A DNA stretch of 64,000 nt from a virus (IMGVR_UViG_3300035659_000004:1-64000); one strand, 5' to 3'. Positions 49,135 through 59,051 are shown, counted from the stretch's first letter. Numbers and translations are program-made. The notes: a model not told the origin generated them from the sequence alone.

Positions 49135-49998
49135 ATGGGTCTGTTAAAGCAAGCACACGTCCGTGGCATCAACCACGCCCTCATTGCGAATGGTATCTTG
49201 GAATTCCCCAATGCCAAAATCGCTGAAGACGTTGCCGATGAGGTTGCGGACAACTATCCCGAGGAAGAAATCCCCGAAGAGACTCCTGAAGATGGACTCT
49301 CTGAGGAGCAAGCCTCGGACATCATCAACCAGCTCGCCGAAGTCGCCGCGGCTATTACCGAGAAGACCGGTGGAGCTCGTGACCGCGGCGTGAACAAGAT
49401 TGCGGCTGAAGTCTCTCTTCAGGATGCAGCCTTTGCGCATGCCCAGTTCTTGGTGAAGCGAGCCATGGAAGAGGGCACCACCAACCCCGGTGAAGGCGCG
49501 GTCGTTCCCGAGCTCACGGGTGCTGAGGCTCAGGTCGATGCGGTGAACAATCCGTCATCGGCAGTGGTCGTTCCGCAGGGTTCGTCTGCTATCGACACGA
49601 CCCCTGGCATCGTTGGTCACGCTGAGCCCGCAGCTCAGCAGCCCGGCGCGAGCGCATCGCCAGCTCCGGATTCCATGGCCGACGTCAAGGCTGCATCCGA
49701 AATCATCCGCATCTTGAAGAAGCTGTCGGAAGATGGAACACTGCCTTCTGAAGGCGGTCGGATGGACCTGAATACGAATTCCGCGATTTCGACTCCGGTC
49801 GTCGCGCAGGGCACAACCAATGCCCCGACCCCGACGGAGCCCATCCCACAAAAGCCGCATCCCGCAACCGCCGAAGCCGGTCTCAATACGGCTGGTAGCG
49901 CTCCCGCGGATGTCTCCAAGGTGGCGGCGTTTTTGCAGACCCCCGAAGGCGCGGCATTTTACCGCAAATTCCAAACTGCAAACATCCTAAATCGCTAA
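49135..49998 (+). CDS. Acidic scaffold-like protein
   Basis: Low complexity, six K-x-A sites, AAGGAG RBS. Confidence 0.55.
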   Translation: MGLLKQAHVRGINHALIANGILEFPNAKIAEDVADEVADNYPEEEIPEETPEDGLSEEQASDIINQLAEVAAAITEKTGGARDRGVNKIAAEVSLQDAAFAHAQFLVKRAMEEGTTNPGEGAVVPELTGAEAQVDAVNNPSSAVVVPQGSSAIDTTPGIVGHAEPAAQQPGASASPAPDSMADVKAASEIIRILKKLSEDGTLPSEGGRMDLNTNSAISTPVVAQGTTNAPTPTEPIPQKPHPATAEAGLNTAGSAPADVSKVAAFLQTPEGAAFYRKFQTANILNR

Positions 49999-50014
49999 GT
50001 TACCACGGCTTCGC

Positions 50015-50043
50015 TTTCCTCTGTCCTAATTACGTCGTACAAT
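50015..50043 (+). promoter_or_regulatory. Candidate sigma70-type promoter
   Basis: TTTCCT-17 nt-TACAAT in an intergenic gap. Confidence 0.4.
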
Positions 50044-50082
50044 TAAACGTTAACGTCTCGTCGACAAGGGAGTATTGCACCT

Positions 50083-52599
50083 ATGCCTACAATGTCCATG
50101 TCTCCGGAAGTTCAAGCGTATGGCCAAATGCCGTCGAACGAACAAGCCGCGGAGATGTTCAAACAAAGATTTTCGGAGATGGCCTATAACGTAATGATGG
50201 CGAAGTTCCCGGAGCTCGCCGCACAGGTGGTGACGTTTAAGCTCATCGAAACGGACGCCGAGAGTGGCAAGGGCGTAGGCGCTTTTGTTTTGCTCATGGA
50301 AGACAAGACCATCTACATCCCTGTTGTGATGGTGGATAGTCAACTCAAACCTTTCGACATGTTCTATTTCAAGGACCTCAATATCTTCCTGCCTCTTTCC
50401 AATGAGTGGCTGGATGAGGTATCGAAGTCCGCGCTGTCTAACTTAGGCGAGCCGGCCAAGTTGCCACAAGGTGTTGCGCGGGATATGAGTATTCGCGATC
50501 TCGTAATCCCGCCCGTTATGCCCGAAGGACGTATAGGTGTCGCTTCCGATCTGTCTGAAATGTTCAAGGAGGCATCTTATAATCCCAAGCCGCGGTTTCT
50601 AGAGTTCGTAAAAAATGCGTCACATGTTGTGCTCGACGGATTAAAGTTAGCCTTTGAACGCAATCCAAGTTTTGGGCAAAAGGTGGCACGGTATTACGGG
50701 AAGAAAGCTTTGATAGAAGCTTTCCAAACGGGATACGCACAGACGGTCAAGGTTGCGGAAGAGAAACGCACGTATATGGTTGGCGTTTATACGTCGAGTA
50801 CTTTTTACGATGCAGTTCCTATGCTGAAAAAGAACTGTGGTACAAAAATTGCTTCAGACCTTTTTAAGACGATTGCGACCGACGGGTTCGCCGCGGTGGA
50901 TACGCGCCCGGTCGTAAAGAATACCATCGTCAAGGTGGAATCCCCCATCGAGCTCACCCCGGCTACCTCCACGGGTTTTTACCATCTGTACTTCCCGGAC
51001 AAAGCCAAGCAGCTCTGTCTGGTTTCCAAAGCGGTGGTAGGCGATGACTACGTGGTCATCTACGCCGACGGGAGCAAGGCTTGGACAGTTTACGGTGCAG
51101 ATGCGAAGACACTGTTGGGAGAACCCGAACATGACGATAAAGTTGTAAAGGCTACGGCGGTTTACAAAGCTCTCGAAGGACGCACCCAGAATAAGCCCAC
51201 CACAGGGAAGTACAACGTTCCGTTGTACGTTTCGAGCAAGGGCAAACTTCAAATCGGTGCGCCGAAATTCATCACGAAGATGACCGAAGATGGTGGGACG
51301 ACTTCATTTGATGGAGGCGTTATCGATTCGGATGACACGCGCGGTCGCATCATGTCTTCTTCGAGCGGCTCTGGCAATAGTCCGTGCACCTGCGGTTGCC
51401 CAACTCTCTACTATCCGAAGAGCACATCCTGGTTTTCGGTACCGGACCCTTGGGAATCAAAGAAAGAGCCTATCACGGACCCAAGCATCATCACGCGTTG
51501 GCTCGACCAATACATCGCGGACAAGACCGATGCTGCTCCTATCAACGTGAAGAGCGCTGGCCTGGCTCAGTGGTGGGTCGAAGGCGTTCCCACGGCGTCT
51601 TATTTGGATGTGGCTATCACGAAGGTGGCCAAGGCTTATGACCTTTCGCTAACAGATTCTGCGAACGTCCTGCACGATGCCGCGAAAAATGGTACGTGTC
51701 GTCTTCGCTTGGTGAAAAGAGCTCAGGGCGAACAGATGATGCAGCAAGAGGCTCCTCCTCAGCAGAGCATGGACCCGGCGATGATGCAACAGCAGCAGGG
51801 CATGGACCCGGCGATGATGCAACAGGGCATGGACCCGGCGATGATGCAGCAGCAGGGCATGGACCCGTCGATGATGGGAATGGGGATGCCTATGCAGCCT
51901 CCTCAATTATCCCCGACGGATTTGGCGATTGCTGAAACGGTACAAGGTCTGCAGCAAGAGAATCAGGTGCGGATGCAGCAGATTCAAGACCAAATGGCGC
52001 AGCAGCAACAGGCTATGCAGCAGGAGACAGAGTCTAACGAGAAACTCATCGCTATCCTGACGCAAATTCAACAACGTGCAAATGCTATTGGACAGGCAAC
52101 AGGTGGGATGGTTCCGCCACAGGCGATGGCTTCTCCGCTAGCTGCTGGGCAGATGCTCGCACCGACACCCCCGCCGCAACCCGAACCTCCTCCGATGCCC
52201 GTGATGCAGGAAGAGGGGCCAGCCTCCGCGGAGATGGTAGCTTCTCAAATTCATCCCGAGCTCGCGGAGCAGGCTGCTGATTTTCAGGACGCGGGGATGT
52301 TCGATACCTCGGTGCTGGCAGTCATGGCTGCGGCGCCCCTTCTTCGGGACATCGTCAGCACGTACATCCCGAACCTCGAGAAAGCTCTCGACAACATCGG
52401 GCGTATTCAGTTGACATTGTGGATGCGGGAGGCTGAAACGAAAGCGGCTATCGGGAATGATGCGTACGTGCTGCTCGAGGACAAGCTGCGCAACGTGTTC
52501 AAAAATCTAGGAGAAATCGTGCTGCAAGTGAATCGCAACGCCCTTGATACCGAAGCGGGCGCGATGCAATCACAGAGGATGTTGGGCGACCAACAATAA
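50083..52599 (+). CDS. Large putative prohead core/internal protein with M/Q-rich region
   Basis: 838 aa; FKEAS, VKVAE, TKIAS, VKSAG, VKRAQ sites; MDPAMMQQQ repeats. Confidence 0.55.
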   Translation: MPTMSMSPEVQAYGQMPSNEQAAEMFKQRFSEMAYNVMMAKFPELAAQVVTFKLIETDAESGKGVGAFVLLMEDKTIYIPVVMVDSQLKPFDMFYFKDLNIFLPLSNEWLDEVSKSALSNLGEPAKLPQGVARDMSIRDLVIPPVMPEGRIGVASDLSEMFKEASYNPKPRFLEFVKNASHVVLDGLKLAFERNPSFGQKVARYYGKKALIEAFQTGYAQTVKVAEEKRTYMVGVYTSSTFYDAVPMLKKNCGTKIASDLFKTIATDGFAAVDTRPVVKNTIVKVESPIELTPATSTGFYHLYFPDKAKQLCLVSKAVVGDDYVVIYADGSKAWTVYGADAKTLLGEPEHDDKVVKATAVYKALEGRTQNKPTTGKYNVPLYVSSKGKLQIGAPKFITKMTEDGGTTSFDGGVIDSDDTRGRIMSSSSGSGNSPCTCGCPTLYYPKSTSWFSVPDPWESKKEPITDPSIITRWLDQYIADKTDAAPINVKSAGLAQWWVEGVPTASYLDVAITKVAKAYDLSLTDSANVLHDAAKNGTCRLRLVKRAQGEQMMQQEAPPQQSMDPAMMQQQQGMDPAMMQQGMDPAMMQQQGMDPSMMGMGMPMQPPQLSPTDLAIAETVQGLQQENQVRMQQIQDQMAQQQQAMQQETESNEKLIAILTQIQQRANAIGQATGGMVPPQAMASPLAAGQMLAPTPPPQPEPPPMPVMQEEGPASAEMVASQIHPELAEQAADFQDAGMFDTSVLAVMAAAPLLRDIVSTYIPNLEKALDNIGRIQLTLWMREAETKAAIGNDAYVLLEDKLRNVFKNLGEIVLQVNRNALDTEAGAMQSQRMLGDQQ
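51767..51876 (+). repeat. 4x GCATGGACCCG(G/T)CGATGATG with variable CAG/CAA spacers
   Basis: Encodes MDPAMMQQQQG-MDPAMMQQG-MDPAMMQQQG-MDPSMM. Confidence 0.9.
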
Positions 52600-52604
52600 C
52601 TAAA

Positions 52605-53309
52605 ATGTTGGCTCCAATACAGCCCTATTGGCGATGGTCAAACCTTACGTACGGCATCCAACATAGGACACCTCCTGCGGACCCTTGGCTGGAGCAGCTT
52701 TACGATTTGTACCTAGGGAATATAGAAGGGACTGAGTTTCAACAGGTCGTAGTAAGTCATGTTTTTTCGGAGTTCAAGCGCGACGTTATCATGGCCTATT
52801 TTTTCGCAAGGTGTTCCGCTAAGGATATCGAAGAGAGTCTCGAGCTAGCGCCCGAGATAATCGAAGGTATCGCGCGTCTTTTTTTCGACCGAACAAAGAT
52901 TCGTACGAAACTCGACCACATTGAATACGCTCGAGAGTACATGGAGAGGTTCGCTTGTCCTGAAGGCAAGAATCTCATTTACCTGGGGATGACAGGTGGA
53001 CCTCTGACGCTGAAGAACAAATTTTGTCTGGGTTATGAGATGCCCGCAATAGACCAGGACTTCGTTAATCATCGTATGTATCTCACGGCAGTTTCATTTG
53101 GGCTAATGGCCAGAGGTAACGCCTTGACTTCGCGTGAAGGAAAAGAAGCATTGCACTGGTTCCAGCAAGCTTCGGATATGTCGACTACGTATAGGAAGCT
53201 TCAACAAGGCGAGGATGATTCTCAAGATGCCATCGTGGCAATTGAGCAACGTAAGTTTTTGCATAAACCCGAAGCGGTTGGAATAAACCGTAACGACATT
53301 CTTCACTGA
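52605..53309 (+). CDS. Hypothetical protein
   Basis: 234-aa ORF in the head operon. Confidence 0.65.
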   Translation: MLAPIQPYWRWSNLTYGIQHRTPPADPWLEQLYDLYLGNIEGTEFQQVVVSHVFSEFKRDVIMAYFFARCSAKDIEESLELAPEIIEGIARLFFDRTKIRTKLDHIEYAREYMERFACPEGKNLIYLGMTGGPLTLKNKFCLGYEMPAIDQDFVNHRMYLTAVSFGLMARGNALTSREGKEALHWFQQASDMSTTYRKLQQGEDDSQDAIVAIEQRKFLHKPEAVGINRNDILH

Positions 53310-53324
53310 CAAGGAGTCGGCCTA

Positions 53325-54182
53325 ATGTGGATGCGTAACGACTACGAAAAAGCAGCGGATACAATCGCCAAAGAGTTTGCAGCTGGCAACGGCGCGGTGA
53401 CCATCAACCAGCTTTCCACGAAGATTGCGACCGACGCCGGTTTGAATCCAGATGGAATTCGAACCCTCGTGCGCCTGGCCAACGTCAACGCTTTCAACGA
53501 GCTCTTCGCAAAGCAGGCCGGTAAAGAAGACCGGATGTTTGAATTTGAGACCGGGGACCCTGAGCTCATAATCTCGGCCCTGCATTCCAACGCGAAGCTT
53601 GCACATGTGAGTTCTTTCCCCGTCCAATTGGATAACCACGATATGCTCGCGGATTACTTCGGCGGATTTTCAACGAAGGTTGCCGAGGAGATTGAGAATC
53701 TCGAAGACAACGAATCGACGGGTGGGTCCGAGTGCGACGAGGAGTGCCAGGCCCCAGTGTTGAATAAGGCCGAAGTCACCAATCTTTATAACCGCGCCAA
53801 AGGTAAGGTTTCAGAAGAAAAGAAAGCCTCGGAAATCCGTTGGGGATTGGCCCTCGAGAAAGCTGCACGTGTGACGCGCGAAGTCGCAGGTCGAAATGTG
53901 CATTTCGATAAGACAGCTTTTTACCGTGACTTAGTATCGGCCAGCAACGGAACTTGCTTGGACGATATCAAAGGTCTGCACGCTTTCCTGACCCGAGAAG
54001 AAGACGTGGATGTTCTTGGTGGGATGAAGGTCGCAGAGGTTGTTGATACGATTGCGCCTACTCTGCGAGGTCAGACCGCGGAGATTCTCAGTTACCTAGA
54101 AGAAGCGCGGGAAGCACGCTACAATTGGGACAAGTGCGCTAGCGCTGAGAGGTTCCTAAATGGGATGGAAGTCAGTCGCTGA
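53325..54182 (+). CDS. K-x-A-containing putative head protein
   Basis: EKAA, TKIA, AKQA, AKLA, TKVA, MKVA, DKCA; AAGGAG RBS. Confidence 0.6.
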   Translation: MWMRNDYEKAADTIAKEFAAGNGAVTINQLSTKIATDAGLNPDGIRTLVRLANVNAFNELFAKQAGKEDRMFEFETGDPELIISALHSNAKLAHVSSFPVQLDNHDMLADYFGGFSTKVAEEIENLEDNESTGGSECDEECQAPVLNKAEVTNLYNRAKGKVSEEKKASEIRWGLALEKAARVTREVAGRNVHFDKTAFYRDLVSASNGTCLDDIKGLHAFLTREEDVDVLGGMKVAEVVDTIAPTLRGQTAEILSYLEEAREARYNWDKCASAERFLNGMEVSR

Positions 54183-54867
54183 AAAAGTATTTGTAGACCC
54201 GGGTCCAGCGCTGAAACGTTTTATTGAAAAGGTTCAGCGTAACCCTGTTAAGTCTACATTAGCTGTTGGCACTACAGCTGCTGCCGCAAACTCGTTTGGC
54301 CCCAAGGCCATGGAACAGGAGAGTGAGTTCATGAAGAATCGTCTTGGGTCACCCGACGCCAAGTTTGTGTATGCGTCTGAAAAGGTCGCGGCAATACTAG
54401 AAGACCTGTACGTGAAAGAAGCGGCAGGAACTCCCACGGCGTCTAATCCTTCTGCGTGGAGTAGCGCTTGGACTAAAGGTGTTGAAAGCATAGGGTCAGG
54501 AGTTGGACAAGGAGTGGGCGCCGCAGGTGTCCTGGTTTTGACGGACATCCTTCGAAAAGCAGGACGTGGATTATCTCAAAAACTTCTATATGATTCGAAA
54601 CGAAAAGAAATGCTTCGAAAGATTTTGTCTCTGGACCCCATTGTCAGTGCCTTCGAAGCTCAAAATCCAGGGTTGATGCTTAAGGTTTATGCCTCGATGG
54701 TTTCAGTTGCTCCTACCTTGAGTCTCGACCAGAATGCCGTGACTTCTTTCCTGCGTGAAGCGGCTCAAACGCATGGCGCTCTGAATTACATGACGATCAA
54801 ACAACTGGCTGAAACTGAAAAAGCAATAACAAGTGCTAAGGGGGACGAGCGTCCTCTAGGATTCTGA
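54160..54867 (+). CDS. Putative internal head protein
   Basis: EKVAA, VKEAA; Gly-rich hydrophobic segment. Confidence 0.6.
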   Translation: MGWKSVAEKVFVDPGPALKRFIEKVQRNPVKSTLAVGTTAAAANSFGPKAMEQESEFMKNRLGSPDAKFVYASEKVAAILEDLYVKEAAGTPTASNPSAWSSAWTKGVESIGSGVGQGVGAAGVLVLTDILRKAGRGLSQKLLYDSKRKEMLRKILSLDPIVSAFEAQNPGLMLKVYASMVSVAPTLSLDQNAVTSFLREAAQTHGALNYMTIKQLAETEKAITSAKGDERPLGF

Positions 54868-54876
54868 GGTGTATAC

Positions 54877-55095
54877 ATGACATTTGAAGAATTGAGTCAA
54901 ATGATTCCTGATTCCGTGAAGCTCGCGATGCGCAATGGACAGTTCCATAAAGTCGCAGCTGTGATGAATGGCTGGAAGACTACGGAGCTCCCCGAGATTC
55001 TCGAGAGCTTTGGGACGAAAGTGGCTAACCGACAAGAGAAGTACCGCGTCATTACGGACGGATTGTCGGCGCTCGAGAATCTGAAGAAGGGTTGA
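54877..55095 (+). CDS. Small hypothetical head protein
   Basis: 72 aa; VKLA, HKVA, TKVA; GAGGTG RBS. Confidence 0.65.
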   Translation: MTFEELSQMIPDSVKLAMRNGQFHKVAAVMNGWKTTELPEILESFGTKVANRQEKYRVITDGLSALENLKKG

Positions 55096-55102
55096 AACTT
55101 CG

Positions 55103-57184
55103 ATGATGAAGAAGATTGTCCATCTCGACTCGCACTTCCCGACCGGCGAGCAAACGGTTCAGCCGGTGATGCTGTGGTCGAGAGGAAAAAGCTTCATCGA
55201 GCCCATCACGAAGTATGCCAGCGTTGGAGCTGAGTATTTCAAGACCATCGAACCCATTCCAGGGCACAGCATTGTTTACGTTCTCGCCGTCAGTGCATGG
55301 GAGCGCTACGGCGAGAATCGTAATGGAGATGGTTTTCCGGACCAGCCGTATAAACCTCTCTCTAGTCCTCCATGGATTTCAGAAGATGAAATTCTAAGCA
55401 AGCACTACAAATCTTTTGAGCAGTTCGGTTTCAATTACCGTCATCATCAGAACACGGACCCTGAAAAGTCTGTCGGACGTGTGATGCGTGCGTTTTGGAA
55501 TCCGACCATGTATCGCGTTGAACTCCTGATTGATGTCGATAATGCGAAGGCTCCGGATTTAGCAAACCGTATAGCCGCGGGAGAATACCCCCCTGTTTCC
55601 ATGGGTACTAAGGTCCCCTGGGACGTGTGCCTAATCTGCGGAAATAGAGCTCCTACCCGCGCCCAATACTGCGACCACCTCCGTTTTCAGATGCGTGAAG
55701 TCGTCAACGGATTGAAAGTCGCAGCCTTGAATCCGAGTTGTAAGTTCTTCGACATCTCCTGGGTGGTACGTCCCGCAGACCCCAACGCTTACATGTTGAA
55801 GAAGGTCGCGGAAGAGGCCTATGAAATCAAGCTCTCGGGAGCAGCTGCAGGTGAATACTTGGACGAGATGCAAGAGCGTAAGATGGCCGCACACAAACTC
55901 GCGGTCATCGACAAGGTCGTACAGGGAATTCCAGTAGATGCTAAAACCGAGGGTGTTGACCCCATGCATCTTCAGAATATCCAGACGATGCAACCCACCG
56001 CCCAGAGCATGAGCGCAGGTCTTCCCGAGCTCCCGGATGATTTGCTCCGGCGCCTGGCTTCTTCTTTTTCGCTGCCGGAAATCTTCACCTCGACGTTGGC
56101 GATGGGCATGCCTCTTTGCACCCGCGAGGTCGTGAAGATTACTATCTACCGGCAGATGCCCCAGGTTCCGAACATGGATGGGATAGCGGATGCGGCTGTT
56201 GCAGCTCGACAGCCCCTGCTCGGTCTTTTTCAAGAGCACCCTCAAATGCTGGATGCTTTTGAAAAGGATTTGGACATCGACCAATGTCATCTCAATCCAA
56301 AAGTTGCGGAAATGATTGGCACTGGAATGGAAAAACGTTCGGGTATTTACGAGTATTTGAAACGGAAATACATCCCGGGAAAATACCGTGACGAAACTTC
56401 TCAATTGACGCCTTTCACGCTCACGGACCCTGTTTCAGGGCAGCGCTATGGGACCAATCGTTGGGCAGCTATCCAAGCTCACGACGAAATTGCGAAAAAG
56501 AATTTACGCAAAGTTATTGGTGGAGGCGCGGCGTTGGGTGGGGCTTACGGTCTCATTTCTGCAGGGCTTCGTAGCAAAGGTTTATCTAAACTGAATCCCC
56601 TCGTAGCGGGTACCTTAGGTGCTGTTGGTCTTTCTAACTTGCCTTCCATGGGTGCTCACTACATGACCGATCAAGGTGTCCCTATCCCAGTACTCACAGA
56701 GCTCACGAAGATGAGCGTGGACTCTTCTAGTTTTTCACGCTCCCTCGCATTGCCTCTTTTTGGTACACTTGGAACAATGGCTCTTCTTGGAATGGATCGT
56801 AGACACCGTTTAGCCCAGGGCTATATTCCGGGTGACCCTAGTGAAGGAGTCTTACGGCGAGGGGTTGATACGCTCGGCTCTGCTGCAGCTAATTACCCCC
56901 TGCTTTTTGCAGGACTAGGAACCATGGGTCTTCGTGCTGCAGGGAATACGCAAACAGCTAAATACCTCGGAGAAAATATTGTCGGACCTTTAGCGCAAAA
57001 GGGAAAGAGTTGGGCTAATAAAACGGATGAAGCTCTTCGAGGTTGGGCTAAGAAGACAGACCAGGGTGTAAAAGATTGGGCGAGTACGAAGACCTCGTCA
57101 GACACGGTAGGTCTTCCTGATTTGGATATGGACAAAATTGCTGAAAGTCTCGGCAAAATTCTGTTAGCAAACACGGTCTTGTAG
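55103..57184 (+). CDS. Prohead maturation protease with long C-terminal extension
   Basis: NRNGDGF, YRHH.N, VSMG (putative catalytic Ser), CxxC..C.H, FFDISWV..PAD, resembling HK97/assemblin-type proteases; lies upstream of scaffolds and capsid. Confidence 0.7.
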   Translation: MMKKIVHLDSHFPTGEQTVQPVMLWSRGKSFIEPITKYASVGAEYFKTIEPIPGHSIVYVLAVSAWERYGENRNGDGFPDQPYKPLSSPPWISEDEILSKHYKSFEQFGFNYRHHQNTDPEKSVGRVMRAFWNPTMYRVELLIDVDNAKAPDLANRIAAGEYPPVSMGTKVPWDVCLICGNRAPTRAQYCDHLRFQMREVVNGLKVAALNPSCKFFDISWVVRPADPNAYMLKKVAEEAYEIKLSGAAAGEYLDEMQERKMAAHKLAVIDKVVQGIPVDAKTEGVDPMHLQNIQTMQPTAQSMSAGLPELPDDLLRRLASSFSLPEIFTSTLAMGMPLCTREVVKITIYRQMPQVPNMDGIADAAVAARQPLLGLFQEHPQMLDAFEKDLDIDQCHLNPKVAEMIGTGMEKRSGIYEYLKRKYIPGKYRDETSQLTPFTLTDPVSGQRYGTNRWAAIQAHDEIAKKNLRKVIGGGAALGGAYGLISAGLRSKGLSKLNPLVAGTLGAVGLSNLPSMGAHYMTDQGVPIPVLTELTKMSVDSSSFSRSLALPLFGTLGTMALLGMDRRHRLAQGYIPGDPSEGVLRRGVDTLGSAAANYPLLFAGLGTMGLRAAGNTQTAKYLGENIVGPLAQKGKSWANKTDEALRGWAKKTDQGVKDWASTKTSSDTVGLPDLDMDKIAESLGKILLANTVL

Positions 57185-57207
57185 GATGAAGACGAGCACC
57201 ATATGAT
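57179..57207 (+). promoter_or_regulatory. sigma70-type promoter for the scaffold-capsid block
   Basis: TTGTAG-17 nt-TATGAT. Confidence 0.5.
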
Positions 57208-57237
57208 TGGTGCGTAAAAGGAAAGAGGTCAAGCACC

Positions 57238-57792
57238 ATGGAATTCGGTAAGATGCTCGCTAACTTTAACGCTCCCGCTGCTTCTCAAACCAAGACAGCC
57301 AGCGCGGATAACTCCAAACAGCAGCTTGCTAGCGCCGTGGAAGCCACAAAGGTTGCCTCGGCGACGCAATCGACGGACGCGGTGGAGGCTCTCATGAAGA
57401 CTGCTGCCACTTTGGCGGAAAATGAAAAGACGGCAGAGCTGGTGCATGCGCATATGAGCGGCCGGGCTTTCGCGCAGGGTGCTTTGGAAGTGTTTGCGGC
57501 AGCGGATTCTGCAGCTCAAAAAGTAGCGTCTGCGTATCCGCAACCGCAACTGCAATTACAGGATGACACAATGGTAAAAGCCGCGGCTGAGCAAGGCTAC
57601 CAGGATACGATGGTTAAAGCTGCCGCCGAGCAGGGTTATCGCGACACGATGACCAAGGCTGCCGCGGAGTACAACCAGGGCTACGAAGCGGCCGTCACTG
57701 ACGCCGTCAACGCCGCCGCCAACGAGTTCTACAAGGGTGCACAAGAGGCCATGATTCTCATTCAGGCCGCTCGCAACCAGAAGAACGGTTGA
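57238..57792 (+). CDS. Ala-rich scaffold-like protein
   Basis: 9 of 12 lysines in K-x-A; internal 13-aa repeat. Confidence 0.6.
   Translation: MEFGKMLANFNAPAASQTKTASADNSKQQLASAVEATKVASATQSTDAVEALMKTAATLAENEKTAELVHAHMSGRAFAQGALEVFAAADSAAQKVASAYPQPQLQLQDDTMVKAAAEQGYQDTMVKAAAEQGYRDTMTKAAAEYNQGYEAAVTDAVNAAANEFYKGAQEAMILIQAARNQKNG
57565..57684 (+). repeat. 3x ~39-nt coding repeat DTM(V/T)KAAAE..GY
   Basis: DTMVKAAAEQGYQ-DTMVKAAAEQGYR-DTMTKAAAEYNQGY with synonymous divergence. Confidence 0.88.
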
Positions 57793-57799
57793 GTGAACC

Positions 57800-58015
57800 A
57801 TGGCTAGACCTCTTCCGAGTGTGGATGCTGTTGTTGCCCGCGTAAAAGCGTTGGCACAAGAAGAGGCCACTAAGTTGGCTTCTTCCTCGGCGCCGATGCT
57901 CACCGACAATGTAGCCCAAGGCCTGCAGAAGTTGGCGAGTGACCTTCGGGCAGAGGCTTCGGTGCGCGTGTCTGTTCAGGACGTTCTGGACTTCGCACAG
58001 GCGGTGAACCGATGA
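57800..58015 (+). CDS. Small scaffold-like protein
   Basis: 71 aa; TKLAS, QKLAS. Confidence 0.65.
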   Translation: MARPLPSVDAVVARVKALAQEEATKLASSSAPMLTDNVAQGLQKLASDLRAEASVRVSVQDVLDFAQAVNR

Positions 58016-58170
58016 CATCTCCCGTGGCAAACCAACTTCGTACTGTAGCTCAAGAGCTCCGCAAAGAAGCCTCCGTGCGCGAAGAGACGAAGCTGCTGAA
58101 GGTGGCCCAAGTCCTTTCCGCAGCGCGGGCGCTGGACGAGCTCCGAGCCCTGCTGAACGGAAGGCAATAA
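58012..58170 (+). CDS. 52-aa scaffold-like protein (absent from ORF track)
   Basis: ATGA-coupled; MTSPVANQLRTVAQELRKEASVREETKLLKVAQVLSAARALDELRALLNGRQ; fills the gap exactly. Confidence 0.75.
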   Translation: MTSPVANQLRTVAQELRKEASVREETKLLKVAQVLSAARALDELRALLNGRQ

Positions 58171-58173
58171 CCA

Positions 58174-58506
58174 ATGCTAGACCTGATTAAGGTAGCGGAA
58201 GTCCTCGAGGCCGCAGCCAACTATATCGAGGCGACTGAGACTAAGCAGGCCGAAGCGGCGAATGCTATTCGGGATGCGGAAGTCTCCAAACTGGCCAGCC
58301 GTATTCGAGATGCTGTGGGAGAAAACGTTTCTCCTGAGGTTCTCAAGCTGGCCGCGGTCAACCCCGAAGTCACCGAGCTCCTTTCCCGCCTCGCGGGTGG
58401 AGACCGGGTTGATTCCCTGGGTGGCCCTGAAACGACGAAAACAGCTTCTTCTTCCTCTTCGCTGCCCGAAGCAGAAGCTGCTTTTGTAAACTTCCTTCTG
58501 AGCTGA
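58174..58506 (+). CDS. Scaffold-like protein
   Basis: All 5 lysines are K-x-A; C-terminal amphipathic helix AFVNFLLS. Confidence 0.65.
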   Translation: MLDLIKVAEVLEAAANYIEATETKQAEAANAIRDAEVSKLASRIRDAVGENVSPEVLKLAAVNPEVTELLSRLAGGDRVDSLGGPETTKTASSSSSLPEAEAAFVNFLLS

Positions 58507-58532
58507 AGGACTTGAAAGGGATGAGGTAACAC

Positions 58533-59051
58533 ATGTCGATTCTCACGAGCGGTTTCGACGTCATCACCCACGACCCGCCCGAGAACGCAAAGGCGGCCCT
58601 CGCACTGGTGTTGAGCGTCTACAATCCACCGGCCGTTAGTTCCAGCGGAACTCCGACTGCCGGTACCATCCCCGCGGGTTCCATCGTTGTGATGAACTCC
58701 ACGGGATACGCCATTCCAGCCGACAACGATGCGGCGACCACCAACGCTCCGGTGTTGATGTTCATCACTATCGATGGCGACATGGACTACGATGGCTCCT
58801 TCGTGCACAAGTTGACGTGCATCCAGGGAGGCATCGAGATTCTGACCCCACAGTATTTCGTCACGACATACGCTCCGGGCGCCATGCTGTCCTGCGGTCA
58901 TGCTGGCTCTTCTCCTGTCTCTACCGGCAAGTTCCGCGCTGTCGGTTCGGGCGAGCAGATTTACGGTGTAGTTGGTCCTCGCGGTGTCAATGCCACCACG
59001 GGTCTCCTAGACGTCATTATTCCGCAGGGCATTAGCCCGGCGTCGGCATAA
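58533..59051 (+). CDS. Capsid decoration/cement protein (putative)
   Basis: 172 aa, G/T/V-rich beta protein immediately before the capsid gene. Confidence 0.5.
   Translation: MSILTSGFDVITHDPPENAKAALALVLSVYNPPAVSSSGTPTAGTIPAGSIVVMNSTGYAIPADNDAATTNAPVLMFITIDGDMDYDGSFVHKLTCIQGGIEILTPQYFVTTYAPGAMLSCGHAGSSPVSTGKFRAVGSGEQIYGVVGPRGVNATTGLLDVIIPQGISPASA

Noticed and set aside
51767-51876. Mini CRISPR array
   Set aside because: The spacers are only a few Gln codons, in frame within a long ORF; no cas operon.
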